Assembly: GCF_009914755.1 (NCBI RefSeq)
Contig: NC_060938.1
Length of the DNA stretch: 64,000 bases
DNA from: the human T2T-CHM13v2.0 reference genome, Homo sapiens
Direction: 5' to 3' (one strand)
The notes under the pieces are model-generated. The model made no database searches. It was given only the letters and a program-made list of their open reading frames with translations, and was not told the origin of the DNA. The translations under genes and the position numbers were made by a program. Position 1 is the first letter of the stretch. Every line of letters begins with the position of its first letter. Of the stretch, positions 1 through 21,940 are shown in pieces.

Positions 1-479
1 CCCATGTTGCCGCACACGGGAATCCATCGTCAGGCCATCACGCCGGGGAGGCATCTTCTCTCTGGCGTCTCGCTCTGGTCTCCTACGTGGAGATGAATGA
101 AAGCCACATGCCTGCGCTTGTGAGACTGTCCCGGCAACGGCCACACCCACAGGCACTGCCTCCTTCACGGAGAGAGGGCATGGAACACTCCAGACTCCCA
201 CGGAGGTTCAGTTCCACACTCCCTCCACCCACCCAGTCCCGTTTCTCCCTGCTGAAGACGCGTGGGAGCCCAGAGAGTGGCTTCCAGTTCCCGCGGCATT
301 CCTGGAGAGGTCCGGAGAGCCAGCCCCAGAAACGCGCCCCCTCACCCCTTCCCCCTCGCCCCCTTCCTCTTAGGCTTTCCAGCCTGATCGCCACCATCAC
401 CACACCCTCTCCCCCCACCACACCACCCGCAGGCCTCGACGCTCTGCCACCCTTCCGGGGTGGGCGGTCTGTCCCAGGA

Positions 480-506
480 CTCACCGCCATTCATGAAGGG
501 GTGGAG
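480..506 (+). promoter_or_regulatory. D4Z4 binding element (DBE; YY1/HMGB2/nucleolin site) homologue
   Basis: CTCACCGCCATTCATGAAGGGGTGGAG upstream of the DUX start matches the DBE as I recall it; equivalents occur in all cassettes. Confidence 0.7.
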
Positions 507-596
507 CCTGCCTGCCTGCAGGCCTTTATCAGAGCGGCTGGCTGGCTGTCAGGGCAGGCCTCCTGCTGCTCCTGCCACAGTGCACAGGCCGGCTGA

Positions 597-1861
<1,265 letters not shown>

Positions 1862-2545
1862 GGTCGGGTCGGGGCAGGGTGGTGGCCTCTCTTTCACGGG
1901 GAGCACCTGGCTGGCTATGGAGGGGCAACTCTTCCCACAACCCCCTTCACCTAGCTGAACAGCCTGGGATTCCTGCCATCTAGGTCTAGGCCCAGTGAGA
2001 GACTCCACACAGCGGAGAACTGCCATTCTTTCATGGGCATCCCGGGGATCCCTGATCCGGCCCAGGTACCAGCAGGTGGGCCACCTACTGCACACTCACA
2101 GGTTTGCGCACAACCACATGGGCTGTGGGAGCAGCCCGGCAGAGCCCTGATGCCTTACCACCACCCCACCTCCGCCTGACCACTCCCTCCCCACCCCCAC
2201 CCCCCACCCCCGGAAAATGCCTCCTCCCCTGGGCTCGTTGGAGACCCACGTCCCGCGAAACACCGGGCCCGCGCAGCGTCCAGACCTGATACCCCTCCAG
2301 CGGCTCACCTCCTCTGTGCTTCCACGCCACCGTCGCCGGCTCGCCCGTGCCCCTGCAGCCTCCCAGCTGCCACCATGGAGCTCCTGGCGGCAGAACTCAG
2401 ACCTCTAGCTGTCTCTGCCGGCCTCCGGACTAGACCTGCGATCATTGCGCACCCCAGCTGACTTGCAAGGGAGCCAGCTGGCCTCTCTGTGCCCTTGTGC
2501 ACTGTGAAAATCTGGCTGAGGCTCTCCCAACACCTTCCAACGCTC

Positions 2546-5500
2546 TTTAGTCAAAGCCTGGAGAACAGTTACATCTGCTGGATGATCAGTTCAGAAATAT
2601 GTCACAATGCCCCCTCCCTGCAGAACCTAGAGAAGATTTGCATCTTTTCGGTGATCAGTGCAGAGATATATCACAATGTCCCCTGTACAAAAAGCCTGGA
2701 AATGATTTACATCACCTCGGTGATCAGTGCATAGGTATGTCAGAAATCCCCAGTAGGCTGAACCTAGACAAGGGTTACATCACTTAGGTGATGAGTGTAA
2801 AGATATGTGAAAATTCCCCTGTAGACAGAGGCTAGACAAGTGTTACATCACCTAGTGATCAGTGCAGGGATAAGTCGTAAAGCCTCCTGTAGGCAGAGTG
2901 TAGACAAGTGTTTCCTCCCTCGGGTGATCAGTGCAGAGATATGTCACAAAGCCCCTGTAAGCAGAACCTTGACAAGGGTTACATCATCTGTTTGACCAGT
3001 GGAAATGTATATCACAAAGCCCCCTGCAGGCAAAGCCCAGACAATTGTTACATCACCTGGGTGAGCAGTGCAGAGATCTGTCACAATGCCCCTGTAGGCA
3101 GAGCTTAGACAAGGGTTACATCACCTGGGTGATCAGTGCAGAGATATGTCAAAACGCTCCTGTAGGCTGAACCTAGACAGGAGTTACATCACCCGGGTGA
3201 TCAGTGCAGAGATATGTGAGAATTCCCGTGTAGGCAGAGCCTAGACAAGTGTTATATCACCTAGGTTATCAGTGCAGGTATAAGTCATAAAGCCTCCTGT
3301 AGGCAGAGCGTAGACAAGAGTTCCCTCCCCAGGGTGATCAGTGCAGAGATGTGTCACAAAGCCCCTGTAGGCAGAGCCTAGACAAGAGTTTCATCACTTG
3401 GTTGATCAGTTCAGAGATGTGTCACAACGTCCATGTAGGCAGATCTAAGACAAGGGTCCATCACCTGGGTGATCAGTGCAGAGATATGTACCAATGTCCC
3501 TTGTAGGCAGTGCCTAGACAAGAGTTACATCACCTCAGAGTTCATTGCATAGATATGTCACAAATCGTTCTGTAGGCAAAGCTCACACAAGGCTTACATC
3601 ACCTAGGTGATCAGTGCAGTGATATGTCACAAAAATCCCGATAGACAGAGCTTAGAAAAGAGTTACATCACCTCGGTGATCAGTGCAGATATTTGACACA
3701 ATGCCCCCATAAACAGAGCATAGACAAGGCTTCCATCACATGGGTGATCAGTGTAGAGATATGTCACAAATCCCCCTCTAGGCAGAGTATAGAGAAGAGT
3801 CCCATCACCTGGGTGATCAGTGCAGAGATATTTCACAATGCCCCCTGTAGGCAGAGAGTGGACAAGAGTTACATAACCTAGGTGATCTGTGCAGAGTTAT
3901 GTCAAAACGCCCCAGTAGGCAGAGCCTAGATAAATGTTACGTCACCTGGGTGACCAGTGCAGAGATACGTCACAATACCGCCTGTATGCAGAGCCTAGAC
4001 AAGAGTTACATCAACTCGGTGATCAGTGCAGAAATATGTCACAAAGCCCCTGTACGCCGAGCCTAGAGTAGAGTTACATCTCCTGGGTGATCAGTGCAAA
4101 GATTTGTCACAAAGCCCCCTGTAGACAAATCCCAGAAAATTGTTACATTACCTGGGTGATCAGTGGAAATATCTGTCACAATTCCCCTTTAGGTGCAGCT
4201 TAGACAAGCGTTACGTCACATGAGTGATCAGTGCAGAGATATGTCACTATGCCCCCATAGGCAGATCCAAGACAAGAGTCTATCACCTGGGTGATCAGTG
4301 CAGAAATATGCCACAATGCCGCCAGTAGGCAGATATAGACAAGAGTCACATCACCTGCGTGATCACTGCAGAGATATGTCACAATGCCCCTGTAGGCAGA
4401 GCCCAGACAAGACTCCCATCACCTGGATGATCAGTGCAGACTTGTGTCACAATGCCCCCTTTTGACAGAGCCTAGACAAGGGTTACATCACCTGGGTGAT
4501 CAGTGCAGTGATGTGTCACAAGCCCCCTGTAGCCAGAGCCTAGACAAGGGTTACATCAGCTGTTTGATCAGTGCAGTGACATGTCACAATGTCCCTATAG
4601 CTATATCCTTGACAAAAGAGACATCACCTGGGTGATCAGTGCGGACATATGTCACAATGTCTCCAGTAGGAAGAGCCTAGACAAGAGTTACCTCACCTGG
4701 GTTATCAGGGCAGATATATGTCACAACACCCCTGTAAGCAGATCACAGAGAAGAGTTGCATCTCCTCGGTGATCAGTGCAGAGATATGTCTCAATGCCTC
4801 CTGTAGGCGAAGCCTATACATAAGTTACATCATCTCAGTGATCAGTGCAGTGATATGTCCCAATGTCCCTCTAGGCAGAGCTTAGACAAGAGACACGAGT
4901 CCTGGGTGATCAGTGGAGAGATAAGTCACAATGCCCCCATAGGCAGAGCCTAGACAAGAGTTACATAACCTGGGTGATCCGTGCAGGGTGATGTCAGAAC
5001 GCCCTCTGTAGGCAGAGACTAGAAAAGAGTTACATCACCTGGGTGATCAGTGCAGAGATATTTCAAAATGCCCCCTGTAGGCAGAGCATAGGGAAGAGTT
5101 GCATCACCTGGGTGATGAGTGCAGAGATATGTCACAATGTCCCCTGTAGGCAGAGCATAGAGAAGAGTTGCATCACCTGGGTGATCAGTGCCGATATATG
5201 TCACAATGTCCACTGTAGGCAAAGCCTAGGAAAGAGTTACATCACCTTTGTCATCAGTTCAGGGATATGTGAAAACGCCCCTGTAGGCAGAGCCTAGACA
5301 AGAGTTACATCTCCTATTTGATCCTAGACAAGATTTGAATCACCTGTGTGATCAGTGCAGATATTTCACAATGCCCCCTTTGGGCAGAGGGTAGAAAAGA
5401 CTTACATCACCTAGGTTATCAGTGCAGATATTTGTCAAAATTCCTGTAGGCAGTGCTTATAAAAGTGTTACATCACCTAAGTGATCAGTGCAGAGATATG

Positions 5501-8429
5501 TCACAAAGCTCCTTTAGGCCGAACTTAGATGTGTTACATCACCTGGGTGATCAGTGCAAAGGTATGTCACAAAGCCCCCTGTAGGCAAAGCCTAGACAAT
5601 AGTTACCTCACTTGGGTGATTAGTGGAGAGATTTCTCACAGTTCTCCTATAGGCAGAGCTTATACAACAGTTATATTACCAGGGTGATCAGTGCAGAGAT
5701 ATGTCACAATGCGCCCATAGGCAGATCCAAGACAAGAGTCCGTCACCTGGGTGATCAGTGCAGAAATATTTCACAATGCCACCTTAGGCAGAGCCTAGAG
5801 AAAAGCCCCATCACCTGGATGATCAGTGCAGAGTTATGTCACAAAGTCCCATTAAGCAGATCCTAGACAAATGTTACATCACTTGGATGATCAGTGCAGA
5901 GATATGTCACTATGCCATTGTAGGCAGAGCCTAGACAAGAGTTACATGACCTAGGTGATCAGTGCAGAGATACATCGCAATGTCCCTGTAGGCAGAGCCT
6001 TGACAGGCGGTAAATCAGCTGGGTGATCATTGCACGGATATGTCACAATGTACCCTGTAGGCAGATACTAGAGAAAAGTTATATCACCTGAGTGATCAGT
6101 GCAGAGATATGTCACAAGCCCCCTGTAGGCAGAGCCTAGACAAGAGTTACATCACCTGGGTGATCAGTGCAGAGATATATCATAAATCCCACTGTAGGCA
6201 AAGCCTAGAGAAGTTTTACATCACCTCAGTGATCAGTGCAGAGATATGTTCCAATGTCCCTCTAGGCAGAGCTTAGACAAGAGTCACATCTCCTGGGTGA
6301 TCAGTGCAGAGAGAAGTCACAATGCCCCCATAGGCAGAGCCTAGACAAGAGTTACATATCCCGGGTGATCTCTGCAGAGTGATGTCAGAACACCCTGTGT
6401 AGGTAGAGACTAGAAAAGAGTTACAACACCTGGGTGATCAGTGCAGAGATATCTCACAATGCCCCCTGTAGGCAGAGCATGGAGAAGAGTTGCATCACAT
6501 GGGTGATCAGTGCAGAGATATGTCACAATGCCCCTGTAGTCAGAGCATAGAGAAGAGTTGCATCACCTGGGTGATCAGTGCAGAAATATGTCACAGTGTC
6601 CCCTGTAGGCAAAGACTAGGCAAGAGTTGCATCACCTGGGTGATCAGTGCAGATATATGTCACAATGTCCCCAGTAGGCAAAGCCTAGGCAAGAGTTACA
6701 TCACCTTTGTCTTCAGTTTAGGGATATGTGAAAATACCCCTGTAGGCAGAGCCTAGACAAGAGTTCCACCACCTAGTTGATCAGTGCAGAGATATTTCAC
6801 AATACCCCCTGTAGGCAGATCCTAGACAAGAGTTGAATCACCATGGTGATCAGTGCAGAGATATTTCACAATACCCCCTTGAACAGAGGGTAGACAAGAG
6901 TTACACCACCTAGTTGATCAGTGCAGTGATATTTCACAATATCCCCTGTGGACAGATTCTAGACAAGAGTTGAATCACCTGGGGGATCAGTGCATAGATA
7001 TGTCACAATGCCACTGTAGGCAGAGCCTAGACAAGAGTTACATGACCTAGGTGATCAGTGCAGAGATACATCGCAATGTCCCTGTAGGCAAACCCTTGAT
7101 AATTGGTAAATCACCTGCGTGATCATTGCAGGGATATGTCACAAAGCACCCTGTAGGCAGATCCTAGAAAAGAGTTACATCAGCTGGTTGATCAGTGCAC
7201 AGATATGTCATAATGCCACTGTTGGCAGAGCCTAGAGAAGAGTCCCATCACTTGGGTGATCAGTGCAGACATATGTCACAAGACCCCTGTAGGCAGAGCC
7301 CAGAGAAGAGTTATATCACCTGGGTGATTAGTGCAGTGATATGTCACAATGCCGTGTAGCCGGAGCCTAGACTAAAGTTACAGCACCTGGGAGATCAGTG
7401 CAGACACATGTCACAATGTCCCGAGTAGGCAGAGACCAGGCAAGAGTTGGATCACCTCGAGATCAGTGCAGAGATTTGTCTCAATCCCCCTGTGGGCACA
7501 GCCTAGACAAAAGTTACATCATCTCGGTTAACAGTGCAGAGGTATGTCAAAATGCCCCTGTATGCAGAGCCTACACAAGTGTCACATCACTTAGGTTATC
7601 AGTGCAGAGATATGTCACAATACCCCCTGAAAGCAGAGCCTAGACAAGAGTTACATCACCTGGGTGATCAGTGCAGATATGTGACAAGGCCCCTTTAAAC
7701 AGAGCCTAGACAATTGTTGCATCACCTGAGTGATTAGTGCAGAGATCTGTCACAATGCCCCTTTAGGCAGAGCTGAGACCAGAGTTACATCACCTGGGTG
7801 GTCAGTGCAGTGATATGTCACAATGCCCCCATAGGCAAATCCAAGACAAGAGTCCATCACCTGGGTGATCAGTGCAGAAATATGTGACAATGCCCCCAGT
7901 AGGCAGAGCCTAGAGAAGAGTCCCATCACCTGGGTGATCAGTGCAGAGATATTTCACAATGCCCCTGCAGGCAGAGGGTAAGCAAGTGTTACATCACCTG
8001 CGTGATCAGTGCAGAGATATGTCACAAGGCCCCCTATAGGCAGAGCCTGGACAAGAGTTACATCACCTCGGTGATCAATGCAGTGATATGTCACTATGCC
8101 CCGTAGGCAGAGCCTAGTCAAGCGTTACATCACCTGGGTGATCAGTGCAGAGATATGTCACAAAGCCCCTATACACAGAGCCTAGACCAGAGTCCCATCA
8201 CTGGGTGATAAGTGCAGATGTATGTCACAATGCCCCCATAGGCAGAGACTACACAAGAGTTACATCACCTGGGTGATCAGTGTAGAGATATGTCACAATG
8301 CCCCCATGGACAGATCCTTGACAAACGTCCCATTAACTGGGTGATCAGTGCAGAGATATGTCACAAAGCCCCTGTAGGCAGAGCCTAGACAAGTGTTACA
8401 TCACTTTGTTGATCAGTTCAGAGATGTGT
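2546..8429 (+). repeat. Beta-satellite (68-bp Sau3A/BSR) array
   Basis: Tandem ~68-bp monomers gatcagtgcagagatatgtcacaatgcccctgtaggcagagcctagacaagagttacatcacctgggt. Confidence 0.96.
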
Positions 8430-9055
8430 CATGCTGAATGTTGCTCCCGGAGCTCTGCGGGCACCCGGAAACATGCAGGGAAGGGTGGAAGACCGGTATG
8501 GTGCCTTCGCTCTCCTTGCCAGTTTCCAAACCGGCCACACGGCAGACTCCCCATTTTGCCGCAAACGGGAATCCATCGTCAGGCCATCACGCCGGGGGGG
8601 CATCTTCTCTCTGGGGTCTCGCTCTGGTCTCCTACGTGGAAACGAGCGAGAGCCACAGGCCTGCGTGTGTGAGACTTTCCAGGCAACAGCAACACCCACA
8701 GGTACTGCCTCCTTCACGGAGAGTGGGCCTGGAACCCTCAAGACTCTCACGGAGGTTCAGTTCCACACTCCCCACCACCCTCCCAGGCCGGTTTCTCCCT
8801 GTTGTAGATGCGTGGGAGCCCAGAGAGCGGCTTCCAGTTCCCGCGGGATTGCTGGAGATGTCCAGAGAGCCAGCCCCCAAAAAGCGCCCCCCTCACCCCT
8901 TTCCCCTCGCCCCCTTCCTTTTCGTGCCTCTGTCCCCACCACCACCATCACCACGCCCTCCCCCCCAACCCCACCACCCCCCGGCTGCAGGCCTCGACAT
9001 CCTGGGACCCTTCCGGGGTGGGACGGGCTGTCCCAGGGCTCACCTCCATTCATGA

Positions 9056-10834
<1,779 letters not shown>

Positions 10835-11200
10835 CCAACCCATACCCTCCTCCATCGGCACCCACGTAAAATGCATCCTCCCCTGGGCTACGTGGAGACC
10901 CCCGTCCCGCGAAACACCGGGCACTTGCAGCGTCCAGGTCTGACACCCTTCCAGCGGCTCGCCTCCTCTGCGCCACTGCGCCACCATCGCCGGCCCCCCC
11001 GTGACCCTGCAGTTTCCCAGCTGCCACCATGGAGGGCCTGGAGGTGGAAGGCAGACCTCTAGCTCTCTTTGCCGGACTCCTGGCTAGACCTGCGCTTATT
11101 GCGCACACCTGCTGACGTGCAAGGGAGCCCGTTGGCCTCTCTGTGCCCTTGTCCGTCTGTGAAATTCCAGCTGAGGCTCTCCCAACACCTTCCGACATTC

Positions 11201-13588
11201 TTTAGTCAAAGCCTGGAGAATAGTTACATTTCTTGAATGATCAGTTCAGAAATATGTCACAATGCCCCCTCCCTGCAGAGCCTAGAGAAGATTTGCATCA
11301 TTTGGGTGATCAGCGCAGAGATATATCACAATGTCCCCTGTACAAAAATCCTGGAAATGATTTACGTCACCTCGGTGATCAGTGTTTAGGTATGTCAGAA
11401 ATCCCCAGTAGGCTGATCCTAGACAAGGGTTACATCACTTACGTGATCAGTTTAGAGATATGTGAAATTTCCCGTGTAGACAGAGCTTAGACAGCTGTTA
11501 CATCACCTAGTGATCAGTGCAGGGAATAGTCATAAAGCCTCCCATAGGCAGAGTGTAGAAAAGTGTTTCCTCCCTGGGGTGATCAGTGCAGAGATATGTC
11601 ACAAAGCCACTGTAAGCAGAACTTTGACAAGGGTTACATCACCTGTTTGATCAGTGGAAATGTATATCACAAAGCCCCCTGTAGGCAAAGCCCAGGCAAT
11701 TGTTACATCACCTGAGTGAGCAGTGGAGAGATCTGTCACAATGCCCCTGTAGGCAGAGCTTAGACAAGGGTTACACCACCTGGGTGATCAGTGCAGAGAT
11801 ATGTCAAAACGCTCCTGTAGGCTGAACCTAGACAGGAGTTACATCACCCAGGTGATCAGTGCAGAGATATGTGAGAATTCCAGTGTAGGCAGAGCCTAGA
11901 CAAGTGTTATATCACCTAGGTTATCAGTGCAGGTATAAGTCATAAAGCCTCCTATAGGCAGAGAGTAGCAAGAGTTCCCTCCCCAGGGTGATCAGTGCAG
12001 AGAAGTGTCACAAAGCCCCTGTAGGCAGAGCCTAGACAAGAGTTTCATCACTTGGTTGATCAGTTCAGAGATATATCACAATGTCCATGTAGGCAGATCT
12101 AAGACAAGCGTCCATAATATGGGTGATCTGAGCAGAGATATGTACCAATGTCCCCTGCAGGCAGTGCCTAGACAAGAGTTGCATAACCTCAGAGACCAGG
12201 GGATAGATATGTCACAAAGCCTCTATAGGCAAAGCTCATACAAGGCTTACATCACCTAGGTGATCAGTGCAGCGATATGTCACAAAAATCCCTGTAGACA
12301 GAGCCTAGAATAGAGTTACATCACCTGGGTGATCAGGGCAGATATTTGACAGAATGCCCCCATAGACAGAGCCTAGACAAGACTTCCATCAACTGGGTGA
12401 TCAGTGCAGAGATATTTCACAATGCCCTCTGTAGGCAGAGAGTGGAAAAGAGTTACATAACCTAGGTGATCTGTGCAGAGCTATGTCAAAACACCCCAGT
12501 AGGCATAGCCTAGATACATGTTACATCACCTGGGTGATCAGTGCAGAGATATGTCACAATACCCTCTGTAGGTGGAGCCTAGACAAGAGTTACATCATCT
12601 GGGTGATCAGTGCAGAGATATGTCACAAAGCCCCTGTAAGCGGAGCCTAGACAAGAGTTACATCACCTGGGTGATCAGTGCAGAAATATGTCACAAAGCC
12701 CCTGTAGGCCGAGCCTAGACAAGAGTTACATCACGTGGGTGATCAGTGCAGAGATGTCTCACAATATCCCCTGTAAGCAGATACTAGACAAGAGTTACAT
12801 CACGTGGGTGATCAGTGCAGAGATGTGTCATAAATCCCACTGTAGGCAAAGCCTAGACAAGTTTTACCTCACCTCAACGATCAGTGCAGAGATATGTCCC
12901 AGTGTCCCTCTTGGCAGAGCTTAGACAAGAGTCACATCTCCTGCATGATCAGTGCAGAGATAAGTCACAATGCCCCCATAGGCAGGCCTAGACAACAGTT
13001 ATATAACCCGGGTGATCATCAGTGCAGAGATATGTCCCAGTGTCCCTCTTGGCAGAGCTTAGACAAGAGTCACATCTCCTGCGTGATCAGTGCAGAGATA
13101 AGTCACAATGCCCCCATAGGCAGGCCTAGACAACAGTTATATAACCCGGGTGATCATCAGTGCAGAGATATGTCACTGTGATCCCATAGGCAGATCCAAG
13201 ACAAGAGTCCATCACCTGGGTGATCATTGCAGAAATATGCCACAATGCCACCAGTAGGCAGATATAGACAAGAGTTACATCACTGCAGAGATATGTCACA
13301 ATGCCCCTGTAGGAGAGCCTAAACAACTGTCCCATCACCTGGGAGATCAGTGCTGAGTTATGTCACAATGCTCCCTTTTTGCAGAGCCTAGACAAGGGTT
13401 ACATCACCTGGGGGATCAGTGCAGAGATGTGTCACAAGCCCCCTGTAGCCAGAGCCTAGACAAGTGTTACATCAGGTGTGTGATCAGTGCAGTGACATGT
13501 CACAGTGCCCCTGTAGCCATATCCTTGACAAAAGTGACATCACCTGGGTGATCAGTGCGCAGATATGTCACAATGTCTCCAGTAGGCA
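11201..13588 (+). repeat. Beta-satellite array, + polarity, ending at polarity switch
   Basis: 68-bp monomers up to ...tctccagtaggca. Confidence 0.95.
12880..13173 (+). repeat. Near-perfect 138-bp tandem duplication of a beta-satellite dimer
   Basis: Two copies with one mismatch (ctgcatg/ctgcgtg) share the private gatcatcagt insertion; duplicated peptide in ORF 12894-13181. Confidence 0.85.
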
Positions 13589-13974
13589 CTGATCACCCCA
13601 AGGAGGAAACACTTTTCTACCCTCTGCCTACAGGAGGCTTTACGACTTATCCCTGCACTGATCACTAGGTGATGTAACTCTTGTCTAGGCTCTGTCTACA
13701 CGGGAATTTTCACGTATCTCTACACTGTTCACCTACGTGATGTAACCCTTGTCTAGGTTCAGCCTACTGGGGATTTCTGACGTACCTATGCACTGATCAC
13801 CGAGGTGACATAAATCATTTCCAGGTTTTTTTTTGCAGGTGACATTGTGAAATATCTCTGCACTGATCACTCAAATGATGCAAATCTTCTCTGGGCTCCG
13901 CAGGGAGGGGTCATTGTGACATATTTCTGAACTGATCATCCAGGAGATGTAACTATTCTGCAGGCTGTGACCAA
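13586..13974 (-). repeat. Beta-satellite array, - polarity (3' flank of cassette 3)
   Basis: Reverse-complement monomers gcactgatcacc...; the first ~6 monomers of the post-cassette series. Confidence 0.93.
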
Positions 13975-16734
<2,760 letters not shown>

Positions 16735-19172
16735 ACACATCTCTGAACTGATCAAAAAAGTGATGTAACCCTTGTCTAGGCTCTGCCTACAGGGGCTTTG
16801 TGATATATCTCTGCACTGATCACCCAGGTGATGGGACTTTTCTCTAGGCTCTGCCTATGGGGGCTATTTGACATATCTCTACACTGATCATCCAGGTGAT
16901 GTAACTCTTGTGTTGGATCTGCCTATGGGGGCATTGTGACATATTTCTGCACTGATCATCCAGGTGATGCGACTCTTGTCTAGGCTCTATGTATGGGGGC
17001 TTTGTGATATATCTCTGCACTGATCACCCAGTTGATGTAACGCTTGACTAGGCTCTGCCTACGGGGCATAGTGACATATAACTGCATTGATCACGAAGGC
17101 GATGTAACTCTTGTCCAAGCTCTGCCTATAGGGGGCCTTGTGACATATCTCTGCACTGATCATCTCGGTGATGTAACTCTTGCTTATGCTCTGCCTGCAG
17201 GGGCATTGTGAAATATCTCTGCACTGATTACCCAGGTGATGGGACTCTTCTCTAGGCTCTGCCTACAGGGGGCATGGTCACATATTTCTGCACTGATCAC
17301 CCAAGTGACGGACCCTTGTCTTGGATTTGCCTATGGGGGCATTGTGAAATATCTCTTCACTGATCACCCAGGTGATGTAACTCTGCTCTAAGCTCTGCCT
17401 AAAGGGCATTGTGACAGATCTCTGCACTGATCACTCAGGTGATGTAACTATTGTCTATGCTCTGCTTAAAGGAGCCTTGTCACACATCTCTGCTCTGATC
17501 ACCCAGGTGATGCAACTCTTGTCTAGGCTCTGCTAACAGGGGGTATTGTGACATATCTCTGCACTGATCACCTAAGTGATGTATCACTTGTGTAGGCTCT
17601 GCCTACAGGGGCATTTTGACATATCTCTGCAATGTTAACCGAGGTGATGTAACTCTTGTGTAGGCTATGCCCACAGGGGGATTGAGACATATCACTGCAG
17701 TGATCCCTAGGTGATCCAACTCTTGCCTGGTCTGTGTCTACTGGGGATATTGTGACATATCTCTGCACTGACCTCCCAGGTGCTGTAACTTTAGTCTAGG
17801 CTCTGGCTACACAGCATTGTGACATATCACTGCACTGATCACCCCGGTGATATAACTCTTGTCTAGGCTCTGCCTACAGGGGGCTTGTGACATATCTCTG
17901 CACTGATCACCCAGGTGATATAACTCTTCTCTAGGATCTGCCTACAGGGTGCTTTGTGACATATCACTGCAATGATCAACCAGGTGATATACCACTTGTT
18001 AAGGTTCTGCCTGCAGGGGCATTGCGATGTATATATGCACTGATCACCTAGGTCATGTAACTCTTATCTAGGCTCTGCCTCCAGTGGCATTATGACATAT
18101 CTCTGCACTGATCACCCAGGTGATGTAACTCTTGTCAAGGCTCTGCTACAGGGGCATTACGATGTATCTCTGCACTGATCACCTAGGTCATGTAACTCTT
18201 GTCTAGGCTCTGCCTACAGTGGCATTGTGACATATCTCTGCACTGATCACCCAGGTGATGGACTCTTGTGTTAGATCTGCTTACATGGAAATTGTGACAC
18301 ATCTCTGAACTGATCAACCAAGTGATGAAACTCTTGTCTAGGCTCTGCCTACAGGGTCTTTGTGACACATTTCTGGACTGATCACCCTGGGAAGGAAACT
18401 CTTTTCTATGCTTTGCCTACAGGAGGCTTTACGACTTATACCTGCACTGATAACCTAGGTGATGTAACACTTGTCCAGGCTCTGCCTACACGTGAATTCT
18501 CACATATCTATGCACTGATCACCCAGGTGGTGTAACTCCTGTCTAGGTTCAGACTACAGGAGCGTTTTGACATATCTCTACACTGATCACCCAGGTGATG
18601 TAACCCTTGTCTAAGCTCTGCCTACTGGGGCATTGTGACAGATCTCTCCACTGCTCACCCAGGTGATGTAACAATTGTCTGGGCTTTGCCTTCAGGGGGC
18701 TTTGTGATATACATTTCTACTGATCTAACAGGTGATGTAACCCTTGTCAAGGTTCTGCTTACAGGGGCTTTGAGACATATCACTACACTGATCACCACAG
18801 GGAGGAAACAGTTGTCTACACTCTGCCTACAGGAAGCTTTAGGACTTATCCCTGCACTGATCACTATGTGATGTAACACTTGTCTAGGCTCTGTCTGCAC
18901 GGGAATTTTCACATATCTCTACACTGATCACCTAAGTGATGCAACACTTGTCTAGGTTCAGCCTACTGGGGATTTCTGACATACCTATGCACTGATCACC
19001 GAGGTGATGTAAATCATTTCCAGGCTTTTTGTACAGGGGACATTGTGATATATCTCTGCACTGATCACCCAAATGATGCAAATCTTCTCTAGGCTCCGCA
19101 GGGAGGGGGCATTGTGACAAATTTCTGAAACAATCATCCAGGAGATGTAACTATTTTCCAGGCTTTGACGAA
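16735..19172 (-). repeat. Beta-satellite array
   Basis: 68-bp monomers, - polarity. Confidence 0.96.

Positions 19173-21940
<2,768 letters not shown>

Noticed and set aside
2546-8429. CRISPR-like regular repeats
   Set aside because: Contiguous diverged 68-bp monomers with no unique spacers and no cas genes; this is primate beta-satellite
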